Assembly (NCBI RefSeq): GCF_006345805.1
Contig: NC_043020.1
Location: 29,078,001 to 29,142,000 of the forward strand
Source: Octopus sinensis
Lineage: Eukaryota
Direction: 5' to 3'
Length of the DNA: 64,000 nt
A program made the translations under genes and the position numbers. The notes beneath the pieces were generated by a model, which did not search any database, was not told the origin of the DNA, and saw only the letters and a list, made by a program, of their open reading frames with translations. Positions 12,156 to 25,797 of the stretch are shown in pieces. Position 1 is the first letter of the stretch; each line of letters begins with the position of its first letter.

Positions 12156-12861
12156 ATATAAATTAGAACCATCATGTAGCAATTAAACAATGATATACGT
12201 AAATCATACTATATAGAAATTCCTATAATTTAATCTATATATGTATATTATGTATTTTAAATAATTTGTTTTAATTATTTATATACCTGGATTATATATT
12301 GTGAAATTTGATTTAGTATTACTAAATTGAATTTTTCCCTATAAGTTTGGAATCATATTCCCTAATATTATTATTATTTATATATATATAGATATCTATA
12401 TATCTATATATATTTGAAATTGTAGTTGTGATACCTGTGCCGGTGGCATGTAAAACGCACCATCTGAACGTGGCCGATGCCAGCACCACCTTGACTGGCT
12501 TCTGTGCTGGTGGCAGGTAAAAAGCACCAACCGATCGTGGCCATTGCCAGCTTCTCCTGGCATGTAAAAAGCACCCACTACACTCACGGAGTGGTTGGAA
12601 TTAGGAAGGGCATCCAGCTGTAGAAACACTGTCAGATCAGACTGGAGCCTGGTGCAGCCTCCTAGCTTCCCAGACCCCAGTCAAACCATCCAACCCATGC
12701 TAGCATGGAAAACGGACGTTAAACGATGATGATGATGATGATGATGATTTAAGAACAGATTTATATTTATAAAAAAGAAAACCAGGTACATAATAAAATA
12801 TAATAACTTTATTTATCAGAAAATGCTATGAGGATAAAAATAGACCTTCTTTTCAATAATG

Positions 12862-13620
12862 TTATTCAATAAAGCCACCTTCAACTTCAACAACTGCTTC
12901 TATATGAGATCTAAATCATCTACATGCTCTCAAATCAAGTGGTCCTGGTTCATTTTGGACATTACTCTGACTATGGCAGCTTTCAAAGAATCTTTGGTGC
13001 TATGGATGTGTTCATTGACCTCTCTCTCAACAACACTCCACATGTAATACTCCAATGGATTGAGATCTGAGGAATTTGGAGGACAAATATTAGGGGTTAT
13101 GTGATCATGAACATTTTCAGCCATCCATTCCTGTGTTACAAGAGGCGTATGTGATAGTGCAGAGTCTTACTGAAACACATATGGCTTTCCATTGCATACA
13201 CTGTCTATCCAGGGCTTAACAATTATTTCCAGGACCTCAATGTAGATGGCAGAGTTAACTCTAAGGCCTTCATTGCTGATAACCCCTAAAACCGTGACAG
13301 GTGCAGGCAATTTTGTATGTATAACACTTGGAACTTGAGAAGGGTCCGCACATAACCAGCTATCATTTCTTTTGTTAATTTTTTGATCTTAGTCGAAGTT
13401 TTTCTCGTTTGAGAAAAACCAAATTAAATATTCTTCTCCTGGATTTTTCAGTTTGTTTAAGAGCCATTTAGATCTGATGGAGTGATTTTCTTTTGCTTTT
13501 TCTGACAAATTGACCTTTCCTCATCATATAAGACTTATATCTGATGTCTTCGGGGACAACATTTCTGACTGTTTCTACTGACACATCTTTTGGTCAGCAT
13601 ACTGATGCCTGAGGGTCGCA
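12862..13620 (-). mobile_element. Tc1/mariner transposase relic (D-37-D/E spacing, maT-like)
   Basis: Decayed frame GKPYVFQ*DSALSH...CPPNSSDLNPLEYYMWSVVERE...ACR*FRSHIEAVVEVEGGFIE*, with several stops. Confidence 0.85.
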
Positions 13621-13685
13621 TCAAGTGACTTCTAGCAGTGGAAGCCTGAACTACTACGGGCTTGTCTTACTATATATTTATATAT

Positions 13686-13927
13686 CATCATCATCATCGT
13701 TTAATGTCCGCTTTCCATGCTAGCATGGGTTGGACAGTTCAACTGGGGTCTGGGAAGCCCGAAGGCTGCACCAGGCCAGTCAGATCTGGCAGAGTTTCTA
13801 CAGCTGGATGCCCTTCCTAACGCCAACCACTCTGTGAGTATAGTGGGTGCTTTTTATGTGCCACCGACACAGGTGCCAGACGAGGCTGGCGAACGGCCAC
13901 GCTCGGATGGTGTTTTTTATGTGCCAG

Positions 13928-13930
<3 letters not shown>
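13686..13930 (-). mobile_element. SINE with RTE-like 3' tail ((GAT)n-ended family)
   Basis: Tail GGAAGGGCATCCAGCTGTAGAAAC...CCCATGCTAGCATGGAAAGCGGAC...GATGATGAT. Relatives at ~12400-12750, 23700-23880, 28300-28570, 32343-32660, 41760-41980, 57385-57530 and 60440-60650. Confidence 0.8.
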
Positions 13931-14015
<85 letters not shown>

Positions 14016-14079
14016 TTTATCAAAGACCTATAATCCTTTAAGGGATGCTAGTATCTTAGCTCTGCAGTTTATACCAGTG

Positions 14080-14131
14080 TTCAGTGAAAACTAAATATAT
14101 TAGCTAGCTAATATATTTAGTTTTCACTGAA
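14080..14131. repeat. Perfect 52-bp palindrome ~500 bp upstream of the JMJD6 ATG
   Basis: TTCAGTGAAAACTAAATATATTAGCTAGCTAATATATTTAGTTTTCACTGAA is its own reverse complement. Confidence 0.95.
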
Positions 14132-14339
14132 TTAACTATCTCTTGAAATTAGGATTTTGGCTTTACCTCATCTCAAATGGAGATAGATATATATACATAT
14201 CACATATGGAGATAGATATATCGGAAAATGAATTTAAATCTACTTGGAAAGACCAAGAAACAAATTTTTCCGCCTTTCAGTTTAAAAAAAAAAAAGCAAA
14301 AACAAAAACAAAATCAAAAACAAAAAAAATCATTCCTGA

Positions 14340-14635
14340 AACAGGAAACAGAAGAGCGACCCAAATCGCGGAACTCTCTAGTAGAAAGAAGCTAGAAAAG
14401 TAGTACGCCTGCATGGCCGTTCCATCCGCTTCTTGCTTTTTCCTTCCCAGTTGAGGTTTCCTTCTTCTTCTTCGCTTTCATTATTATTGTCATTATTATT
14501 ATTATGTGCTGAAAAATTAAAAGCCATTGTTTTAAGCCGTGTGTCGTCGTGGATTGAGACTAATTAGCAGCAGCAGCAGCGGATAAGATTCAAAGGATAA
14601 GAGATCGAATTTCCGAGAGAGATTTCGAGCCCTGT
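14340..14635. promoter_or_regulatory. CpG-enriched putative (bidirectional) promoter / 5' UTR of JMJD6
   Basis: Local CpG enrichment directly upstream of the ATG, between divergently oriented genes. The TSS is not determinable from sequence. Confidence 0.45.
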
Positions 14636-14690
14636 ATGGATCAGCGAGCCAAGAAGAGAGTGAAGGAAGCCAAGCTGAAAGCTCGACCAG
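14636..14690 (+). CDS. JMJD6: JMJD6 exon 1 (MDQRAKKRVKEAKLKARP)
   Basis: Matches vertebrate MNHKSKKRIREAKRSARPE; donor gtaagc; phase 1. Confidence 0.92.
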
Positions 14691-14926
14691 GTAAGCTTCC
14701 TGCGATTAATTGCCCTAATTGGAATCATGATTAATTAACCTGATCTCCTCATGTATATTTCTCATGTCTTCCTTTTTTAATTAAGACAAAAATTAATGTT
14801 GAAAAATGTAATTGGAGATTTGGAAATGAAAGATTTTTCCATCTTTGTGTTTGACTCTGCTTCTGTGTTTTTTTCTCTCTTATAATAATTTATTTTGATT
14901 AGGGCACAAAGCCAATTTTGTCTCTT

Positions 14927-15252
14927 GGTACTACTAGCGAACTGCGGTCCCGGTGCGCGCACTCGCGCTAGCTAGTCGTGACTGGTCGATCCTACAACGA
15001 CTTTTAAACCCTAACCCAACCCTAAACCTAAAACCTAAACCTGGTTTGTTTTAAAAAATAATTGATTTACTTAGTTTAAGAAATTATTTCCTTTTGTGTT
15101 TTATTTACTTTCTTCGAAGAAAATTATTTGATTTTCTTTGATGTGGATTCAGCCTTGACAGACAAACATAGGCGCAAGTCGTTGTAGGATCGACTACTTA
15201 CGACTAGCTAGCGCGAGTGTGCGCACCGGGACCACTGTTCGCTAGTAGTACC
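14927..15252. mobile_element. MITE with ~77-bp GC-rich TIRs in JMJD6 intron 1
   Basis: Arms 14927-15003 and 15176-15252 (GGTACTACTAGCGAAC...CCTACAACGACTT), a few mismatches. Internal degenerate CCCTAA repeats at 15005-15042. No clear TSD. Confidence 0.8.
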
Positions 15253-16018
15253 TTTTTTTCTTAGTATTGTGAGCGGAGAGAGTCGACGAAATGGCTTTCA
15301 ACTGTGGAGACAGTCGAAAGAGAGAGAGACACATCGACCGAGATTTGAACCCTGATCAAGTTACCATTAAAAAGAAAGAGAGAAAAAAAAATAGATGTTC
15401 GCTCCTGTCTTGCTGCTGTCTCTCCACTAAATATTTTATATTAAAAATAATTTTTCTATTCTCCATGGAAGCAGTTTTGTTCCGATTATTTCCATATTCA
15501 TGTTTATATATTTCGTTTTTGGATTTGGTTTGCAAGATTCTTTACATGAGTTGGTGTATTGAAGCATATTCTGTTGTGTCTGGGGAGAGTCATTTTCTTT
15601 ACAATGTAACACACTCACCGGCAAAATTTCCACTTATTTCATATTTTTATTCTCCTAAAATGTTTATATATTGTTATAAAAGGTTTAAAATATTCAAATA
15701 ATGATTTAAGTAAATTTTTAATTGATGATCAAATCGTTTAATTGTACATCTTCAAGTCGCACATGTCTTCACTGAAGGTTCTGTTTGTATATGAAGAGGA
15801 GACTAGGAAAAGAAAAATATCTCGGTTCATGTTTTTGAAATTTGTTTAAATCCTTATAAAAAGTGGGTGATTGGTTAGTTTGGCAAAGACAGGTCTTTAA
15901 TTAACATGCCTCGACTCTTATACTTACATTTGTAGTAATAAATATTTGTTTTACGGCTAATTACTTGTGAAGACATTTAAATATTAACTGGAAATGCCAT
16001 ATATTTTATATATATAAA

Positions 16019-16059
<41 letters not shown>

Positions 16060-18922
16060 GCTAGTAGTACCTATATATATATATATATATATGGTACTAT
16101 ATATATATAGGGAGAGAGGGAAAATTAAATAGATTTGTATGGAAAGTTGATAGTGACTAGGATTTGAATTTTTATCTTCAAGGGGTTTATTGGTTTTTTG
16201 CTTAATGTTGATAAGTTTTGTCGTGGTTTCCTGTCACGTAGCCAAGTTGTAGGTTTAATCGATGCTTTATGCTATCTATCTATGTCATTTTAAGTTCGCT
16301 TCCTTGCTAAAGTCGACTAGTTTGGGAACCCGATAAGTTGCAATATTATAAAAAAAAGACAAAAATGCCCCAAAAAACTGTTCACTCTGATTTCAGCCCT
16401 TCGACTACATGTCGCAAATGTCATCGTGTATAGAGAAAAGGAATTAGAATCTCTTTCTCATACACACACAACAGGGTGCACTAATAAAACACAATTGTAT
16501 TTCCTTATCATAAAGGTACTTGCGGTTACATTAGTACCCTTATCTATTCTCGTCTACCCCCATTGAAATAAATAATTTTTCAAGGAAAACAAGATAATTT
16601 AAGAGGAGACATCGGCAATATATATATGTACATATAATGCTTATCTTTTATGTCACAAATGTGTTACGGTGGTTTAATTTTTTCAGGAGGAAATAGAATG
16701 GATGTAAATCTAAAATGATAAGTTTCAAGCGATTTTGAGGGGAGCAACTAACTTTTACTTTATCGATTGCAGAGGGACGGAAGGCAAAGTTCACTTTGGT
16801 AGGATTTGAACCCAGAACGTAAAGAGCGGGAACAAGTACTGCTACTGCCAGGCATTTCTCCCGATACCCAAATGATTCTGCCGGATGGCCGTCTTTGAAA
16901 AAGAATGGTTTCTAATTTAGGGAAAAGGCCATCGGTTTTGAGCGGGAGGGCGGTTAGGCGATTTTATTGACTTCAGTACTCGATATGTACTCTATTGTGT
17001 TGACCCCGGATGGATGAAAAAAAAAAAAAGGCAAAGTTGACCTCTACGGGATTTGAACTTAGAACGTGTCCAAGGCGCTATTGGTTTCGGATTCGGGCGT
17101 CGGGCCTCGAAATTTGCGAGGCGGGTTTGTCAACCCTTCGACTCCAATACTTGACTCGTACTTTATTTTATTGCCCCTCCCCAGAAGTATGATAGGGAAA
17201 GATGACTTCGGCGGGAAATGAACTCAGAACCGAAAGAGCTGGAAAAAAAAATCACATGGCATTTTGTACGACATTCTAACGTTTTTGCTAGTCCTCCTCC
17301 GCCTTTACGAGATCAGGAGGGGGTTAAGTCGATTTTATCGAACCCGATACTTAACTGGTGCTTTTTGTATTGATCGCGGGAGGGGGTGGGTGGATATGGA
17401 AGGCGATGTTGACATTGGCGGAATTTGAACTCGGAACGTAAAGACGGACAAAATGCCGCTAAGCATTTCGTCCGGCGTGCTAACGATTCTGCCAGCTTGC
17501 CGTCTTACTGTTACTACTAACGAAATCCCCCGTTAATATATATTAGTTGACATTATTTCATTTATTTGACCAACTCGTAATTAGTGTCGCCGCCCTCCCC
17601 CTATCAAACAGATCACAAAATCATGCAATTATTAAATTCTGTTCATTTAGCAAATCAACTTCACGTGAAATCGAGCTCTGTTATGTCATTAATCATCCAT
17701 TCTCATATATCATTAGTCACCATTCTCATAGATCATTAATCATATTTTTTTCTTTTCCTTGTTGGATGAAAAATGAAACCTCATGCTTCAATGGATTTAG
17801 AGTTCAGCTTAAAATATTTCTTCTGTCAAAAGCAACGAAGGAACAAATAGAGTGTTGAAAGTGTGCGTGTATATATATATATATATTCAAAAAAATTCCA
17901 ACTCTGTCTGCTTTTTATGTTTTATTTATGTTCTTTATAATGTTAATGTAGAATATATAGTATAAATAATATATATATAGTAAAATGAAATGAAGTATTG
18001 ATTGTCTTATTGAACAGATGAAATGTTGAATATAAAATATTAAGGGACTAGCGTACTTTCTTGCATTAAAACAGTCTTCAAGGTCCTAGGTTGTAGCAGG
18101 AGTGTCAAATATATAAGATTAGCCATTGATAAGGTGATTACACTGGCGGTACTCCAGCATGGCCACGACCTTCGGGCTGAAACGTGTGTGTATATATATA
18201 TATATATAATGTGGTAGGAGAGGAAAGAAAGTCGGCTGACTACTGTCACTGCTAGGGATGGTCGGTGGCCCCCTTCTGTGTGTTTGTGTGTGTGTGTCTT
18301 GTACAGCGTGACGGGGGAGAGGTTAATGTGACGCGCTTGGTTGGGGCTTCAAGAGGGGTGCGGGGGTGCGGAACGACGCCTTGATAAGAATGGTGGGGGG
18401 GGGGACTATTTGCGATTAACTCGCATTTATTTCTCTTTTCTTCGAATATTCTAGAAGTGTGTGTTGTTCTAAAGTTATATTATTATCAGTCTATAAGTGA
18501 AAGCGGCAGCTGTCATCGGCAGAGAGAGAGAGAGAGCTTGAAAAGGTCTCTCAAATTCTGTTCAACGGTTTTCCTGCTTATCACTTATTTTCGTTTTAAA
18601 TTTTGACTCTTCAGTAAATTTCAGTATTTTATCTATTTTCATTATCAATTATTAATTATAATTTTCTTTTTTTTTTTGTTTTTTTGCACTTTGTTGTTCT
18701 TAATTAATTTGTGCGAGTGGCTGATTATCTGAGTGATGGGAAGAAAAGTCTTGTAACACCACCACTGACCTATCTCTGATTAATATAAGTTAATTAATTA
18801 ACGCTTTAATTTTCCCAGATTATGTATTCCCATAAAACATAGACGCTTTCTGATTGTTGTTTTGTCTCTAATTAAAATTTATTCACTTTCTGAAATGTCT
18901 ATTTTTCAATGGTAATGGCTCC

Positions 18923-19002
<80 letters not shown>

Positions 19003-20800
19003 ATGTGTGTTAGTATGTGTGATATGTGTAGCTGCTGTCTGAGGAAGAGTTCGATCCAGGGAGACGTGAGACAAAGTAGTAGAGAGGCCGATTTCAAGAT
19101 GTCGAGCCTTGTGGAAGAGATGTTTGAGAACCGTGACGAGAGGCGATACGCTTTGTGAGTTGAGAAGACACCAAGGTAGTTGTGGGGGGGGGACGTCGGT
19201 GAAAGACATGAAAGGGAGATCTGTGAAAAATGAAGCAAGGTGTGGACAATTAAGACACACACGCATTTAGCAGTCGTACAGACAGATATACACAAGACAT
19301 AGGTCATTCACACACAGGAATAGGCTGGCAGGACTCCCCCTCCCCTCTGAAAAAACTGCACGATTATCTGAGAGAACTGCTTACCACATATCTGTTTCTT
19401 TATTGCCCACAAGGGGCAAAACATATAGGGGACAGACAAGGACAGACAAACGAATTAAGTCGATTACATCGACCCCGGTGCGTAACTGGTACTTAATTTA
19501 TCGACCCTGAAAGGATGAAAGGCAAAGTCGACCTCGGCGGAATTTGAACTCAGAACGCAACGACAGACGCAATACCGCTAAGCATTCCGCCCGGTGTGCT
19601 AACGTTTCTGCCAGCTCATCTGCAGACACACACACACTCACAAATTCATGTGTGTGTGTGTGTGTGTGTGGTAATTTTGCCAAATGCATTATTTATAAGT
19701 TTCTTCGGCTTTTGATACAATACAAAAATGTGACGTCAGGCATTAAAGAAAAATTGAGTTTAATTAACAACTTGATGTGCTACAACAACAAAAAAAAAAT
19801 ACATCTTAATATGTTTTATTGTTTTATTTGCAACAACCAAATACTGTGATATCTTCTGGGCAATTTATAGAGTTCTCATGGAGAAACCAGCCGAGGTTGG
19901 TAAAGGTGCAAAATTGTAAGAATCTTTTGGACCATTGGCTGACGAGGAATTAGCTGTGAATTTTCTATTTGTTGTGTTTCTTGTATGTGTTCATGTAGTT
20001 AAGAAGCTTGCTTCCCAACCATGTGGTCTTGGGTTCAGTCCCACTGCGTGGCACCATGGACAAGTATTTTCTACTATAGCTCTGGGCCAACTAAACCCTT
20101 GTGTGTACGTTGTCTGTGGAAACTGAAATAAGCATGTCGTGTATGTGTGTCGTATAGTGAACGCGCATGGCTCAGTGGTTGGAGCATCTAGCTTACAATC
20201 GTAAGGTTGTGAGTTCAAATCACGGACTGGGCTGCATGTTGTGTTCTTGAGCAAGACACTTTATTTCACATTGCTCCAGTTCACTAAGTTGTAGAAATGA
20301 GTTGTGCTGTCACAGGTGCCAAGCTGTATCGGCCCCTTTGCCTTTCCCTTGGATAGCACTGGTGGTGTGGAGAGGGGAGGCCGGTGTGCATGGGCGACTG
20401 CGGGTCTTCCATAAACAACCTTGCCCGGACTTGTGCATGGGAGGGTAATTTCCTAGGTGCAATCCCATGGTCAGTCATGACCAAAGGGGGTTGCTGGTGT
20501 GTGTGTGTGTGTACCTTTCTTTGAATATCATGAGATGGTTGTAAACAAGCACACACTTCGTGTTGTTTATTTCCTGTCTCCTGTGAAGAACATGTCTGGC
20601 CATGGAGTGATATTACCTTGCTTGAGAACAGGTGAGTGTCGGCAACAGGAAGGGCATCCAGTCTGCCTCAATAAACTCCACTTGGCCCGTGTAAACATGG
20701 GAAAGTGGACGTTAAAACAACGATGATGATGATGATGTGTTCTTAATAATTCTTGTGGTGCTCATTCTCATTTTCAATTTCGTTTTTTTTTTATTTGTAG

Positions 20801-21012
20801 AATTAAGCAACGAGAAACATGGTTGGAGGAGGCACAACTACTGTCGGAAATTTGATTTGACCCTGTCTAATGTCCGTGATAATGTGGAACGTGTTGATGT
20901 GACTAAAATAACCTACGAAGAATTTGTCAGACGCTATGAATCCAAATATAAGCCAGTGGTGTTGCTGAATGTTCAAGAAAAGTGGAAAGCAACAGAGAAA
21001 TGGACAGTAGAG
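20801..21012 (+). CDS. JMJD6: JMJD6 exon 2
   Basis: ttgtag acceptor and gtaaga donor; (E)[13 protein letters not shown]...[22 protein letters not shown]; phase 1-0. Confidence 0.96.
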
Positions 21013-22017
21013 GTAAGAGCACCATTTTAGAGAGTATTTCGTTTGTTTTCTCGTCTCATTTTGGCACAGGTGTGGTTCTGTGGTCAGAAGCTTGCTTCCC
21101 AACCACATGGTTTTGGGATCACTTCTGCCACATGGCACCATGGGCAAGTGTCTTTTACTACAGTCCTGCTTGCTGAATGCTTTGGGTGCTGGACTACTGA
21201 TATAATATGGAAAATACCTTGGAAAGCCTTTTAGCTAAATTTCAGACAAGTTTGAGAATTTGTCCATCAGTGTGTAGGTCCCACCCATGCTAGCATTTAA
21301 GGCAGACGTTAAACGATGACGATGATTATTATTATTTTTACCTCCACCTTCGTTAAGGTGGAGGTATTGTTTTTAGTCGTGCTTGTTTGTCCATAGACAA
21401 GATATCTCAAGAACCACTGGATGGATTCAGATAAAACCTTCAGGGATGTTTAGCCTTATGACTGGCACAAACTGATCAGATTTTGGGACTGATCTGGTAC
21501 TGGGCAAGGGTTCTGGATTTATTTTTTCCCTGTTTTTTTACTTAATTTTTGAGAGTGGTCGGGTTCATTTTTAGTTTTCTCGTTTGTGAGAGCAATCGAG
21601 TTTATTTCAGATATTCTTATTTTAAAAATCATCTCTGGCTAATCATTGAGAGGATGTTGGTGTTGCCTTGGCAGAGGTTTGCGCTTATTATTATTATTAT
21701 TAGGTGCTTTTTAAAACTTGGCTAATGGTGCATTTATTCCCAGCACCAAAAACATTGTTACTATTAGCTTTACTAAATTTCTCAAAAGTAAACAATAGTC
21801 TTGCTATCCAGGGCTATAGCAGAAGACACTTGTCCAAGGTGCTGTGTGCTAGAATTGAACCAGAACCCACCTGGTTGCAGAGTAAGCTTCCTAACTGCAC
21901 AGTCATACCTGCATTTGTTTCTTTCATTTTTTAAAAGAATATTTTTGTCCCTTTTTTTAAACAAATCAATTTGCTTCTCAGATTTTAATATTCTGTTTTT
22001 ATAAACTCTATTTTCAG

Positions 22018-22170
22018 AGGTTAGCGAAAAAATATCGGAACCAAAAGTTCAAATGTGGCGAAGATGACGAAGGTTATTCTGTGAAGCTGAAGATGAAGTA
22101 CTTTATAGATTATATGAAACATAATCGAGATGACAGTCCTCTGTACATCTTTGACAGCAGTTTTGGTGAG
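22018..22170 (+). CDS. JMJD6: JMJD6 exon 3
   Basis: [28 protein letters not shown]...[14 protein letters not shown]; ag/gt boundaries; 153 nt. Confidence 0.97.
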
Positions 22171-23165
22171 GTATAGTCTCATCTACAACTGGTATATGTG
22201 TGCACTTCCTTTGTTTTGTTTTTTGTTTTTTTTTGCATCCTTTTTTAAATTTTATTAATATTTATTTTTGTGTGTTTCTTTTACTCCTTTCTTAGTCTCT
22301 GTATTTTCTTCTGTCTCTGCTTCAACTTCAATGTCCTAGGGATTGAACTCTTTAAACTTTAAAAAAAAACAATATTTTGTAATAACAGCTGTAGGAGCCA
22401 AACTCTCATCTTCATTACAGTTTCCCTTTATTTTTTTTCGTCTTGTGTCTTTTACTTGCTTCAGTCATTGGACTGCAACCATTCTGGGACACTGCCTTGA
22501 AGTACTTTGTTAAACAAATTGGCCCCATTACTATTTTTCATTGGTCTCTTTTGCCAAACTGCTATTTTATGGGGACATAAACAAACCAACACCATTTTTT
22601 AAAGCGTAGGGGTGGGAGGCAACCACAAAGATGCACATATACTCGCGTATATACGTACATGTGTGTGTATGTTAATGTTAGCACCAGGGTCAGTTTATCA
22701 GCGTGCTTGTAGTGTTGTAGTGTGGAAGTATTGGATGTAGCGAGAGAAGAAACCTAAAGGGTCTTTTCTGAAAGTTTCTTTTCTTAACACATTTCTCTTG
22801 AAATATGCAGGCTTCATTTTAATTAATTTTGAAAAAATAAGAAGAATTTATTAAAATATCTTTGGTGTCCAATCTGTACTGAGCTGACATAGGACATTAA
22901 TGGAGGTTTATGAGCCTTAAAAGGAATTCACTCTGACACTACCTACAGGCATAGCATAGTGGATAAAGGTACTGGTTAACACTGTGCTGTCACCTAGAGA
23001 TTCTGAGTTCAGTCCTAGGCAAGGTACTAATGTGAATCACAACACTTGAAAGAAGCTTGGAGCGTACACAGCCGAAACATGTTGAGAGCAAAAACCAAGA
23101 TGAGGACACAAGTCCAACTAATACATAACTTTGATATTGTTATGATGGTATTTAGAATTATTAAA

Positions 23166-23382
23166 GGCGGCTAACTGGCAGAAACGTTAGCACACCGGGC
23201 GAAATGCTTAGCGGTATTTCGTCTGCCGTTACGTTCTGAGTTCAAATTCCGCCGAAGTTGACTTTGCCTTTCATCCTTTCGGGGTCGATAAATTAAGTAC
23301 CTGTTACGCACTGGGGTTGATGTAATCGGCTTAATCTGTTTGTCTCCTCTGTGTTTAGCCCCTTGTGGGTAGTAAAGAAATA
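23166..23382 (+). mobile_element. Family-M SINE with 17-bp TSD
   Basis: TSD GGTATTTAGAAT(T/A)ATTA at 23147-23163 and 23383-23399. Confidence 0.88.
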
Positions 23383-25382
23383 GGTATTTAGAATAATTAG
23401 TAGCAACGTTTAATAATTAGCAGAAAAGTTTAAATTTAGATAACTTTAAAACAAGTAATTTGCATCATAGACCCAAGGGGCAGTTTCAGACTGGGTAGTT
23501 GTCCTCATAAAAGTTCTCCAGTGGGACCTCAAGTTATGCCAGGTGTTTTTTTGTTAGTGTTCCGGTAGTTTCTGCCCCTGAAGCTTTCTTTAATTCGTCC
23601 TCGGAGGCCAAGGCAGGTGACCGAGACTTTTGATAATTTGCTGTGCTTCAGGAGACTCGTGAAGCTTAGTGAAATTGTAGTCTTGTCCAGTGCTGGTGAC
23701 ACACGTGAGGCATCCATGCTAGTGGCACATAACAGAGACACTCCAGTATACTCTGGAGTGGTCGGCGTTAGGAAGGGCATCCAGCTGTAGAAACTGGAGC
23801 CTGGTGCAGCTCTTTGACTTACCAGTTCCAGTCAAAGCATCTAACCTGTGCCAACATGGAAAATGGATGATGATGATGATGATGGAATATGGCAGTGGTG
23901 ATGCTGTGTGTGTGTGCATTTTCATTCAGTGCCCATTTATTGGCTCCCATATCGACAACTGGCTGGCTGGCCAAGAGCTTGTGGTGCCTCTGGCAGTGGC
24001 CATGTGGTTAAGAACCTTGTTTCCCAACCATGTGGTTTCAGGTTCAATCCCACTGCATGGCACCAGGAACGCCTTCTTCTTTTGTCCCTGGCTGTCCAAA
24101 ACCTCGTGAGGGGCTTCTGTGGATGCATGGACGTGTGTGATTGTGCGTTTCCTTGACTTGACATCATGTTACTTGTAGACGAGCACCATTGTCATACAAG
24201 CGTTGTCGTTCATTTCTAGTCTTCTGTGAGAAACAAGTCTAACTATGGGAAAATATTACCTTGCTTGGAAATAGGTGAGGATTGGCAACAGGAAGAGCAT
24301 CCAACTGTAGAAAGCTTGCTTCAGTGAATTCTGTCTGATTCATGCAAGCATGGAATGATGAATATTAAAAAAAAGATGATATATAGATAGGTTTGATGAT
24401 ATATACTAACTTTGAACTGAATATGTGTGTGTGTGTGTGTGTGTTCAGTTCCAACCTACCTGCAGTCAGTTTTACCTTTTATCATTCTTGGTCTGATAAG
24501 TAGGAGGCCAACCATCCCTGTACATTTGCTGATCATTCATTCATTTGGTTCTCATTGTGCCTTGTGGCACTCGAGGCGACAGCAAGACCGTTCCACCTTC
24601 TAACACTGAGGGCCTGCTTGACAACTTCTTCCATTGTTAACCCTCCCTTAATGTTAGAAGCTAATGTTATCTGATTCTTATATTTCGTTATAGTGGCTAA
24701 AATTTCCCGGGGTGCTTTTCTGCTACATTCATTCTACACACACACACTCTCTCTCTTCCCTTTTCGTTGTCCATGCTACCATGGGTTGGATGGTTTGACA
24801 GGAACTGGCCAGACAGAAGACTGCACCAGACTTCTGTGTCTGTTTTGGCACAGTTTTTACTGCTGGATGCCCTTCCTAACACCAACCACCTACCAGTGTA
24901 TGTGTTTGTGTCTTCTTATCTTCACATCACACACTGGTTGTAAACAAATGTCACCGTCATTCAAACAGAGCCTTTTGTTTTGCAATCCTCTGTGAAAACA
25001 TACCTGGCCATCATACTGTTTGTATTTGAAGGACTAGGGGAAATATTATCTTGCTTGGAAGCAGGTGAGGGTTGACCACAAGAGAGGCGCCCAACTGTAG
25101 AAATCTGACCCAGCAAATTTCATCTGACCAATGACACAAGCAGGGAAGAGTGGACATCAAAATGATGAGGATTTACAAAGGAGGAATTAGATTCATCGTC
25201 ATCTTCATTTTAATGTCCAATGTTGCATGGTTCAGATAGAATTCATTGAGGCAAATTTTCTAAGGCCAACACTCACCTGTTTTCAAGTAAGCTAATATTC
25301 TCTCATGGGCAGACATGTTTTTATGCAAGATTGGAATCAAAGAACACTGCATGTTATGATGGTGGCACTTGTTTACAGCTAG

Positions 25383-25797
25383 GGCGGCGAGCTGGCAGAG
25401 TCGTTAGCATGCCGGATGAAATGCTTAGCGGTATTTCGTCTGCCGTTATGTTCTGAGTTCAAATTCCGTCGAGGTCGACTTTGCCTTTCATCCTTTCGGG
25501 TTCGATAAATTAAGTATCAGTTACGCACTGGGGTTGATGTAATCGACTTAATCCCTTTGTCTGTCCTTGTTTGTCCCCTCTCTGTGTAGCCCCTTGTGGG
25601 TAGTAAAGAAATAGGTATTTCGTCTGTCGCTACGTTCTGAGTTCAAATTCCGCCGAGGTCGACTTTGCTTTTCATCCTTTTGGGGTTGATTAAATAAGTA
25701 CCAGTTACGCACTGGGGTTGATGTAATCAACTTAATACCTATGTCTGTCGTTGTTTGTCCCCTCTATGTTTAGCCCCTTGTGGGTAGTAAAGAAATA
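25383..25797 (+). mobile_element. Family-M SINE dimer
   Basis: One head, two bodies; junction AAAGAAATA|GGTATTTCGTC at 25614; period 184 bp. Confidence 0.88.

Noticed and set aside
18906-19307. ORFs in JMJD6 intron 1 as a nested gene
   Set aside because: Bounded by microsatellites with no coherent splice chain; at most an old retroelement fragment.
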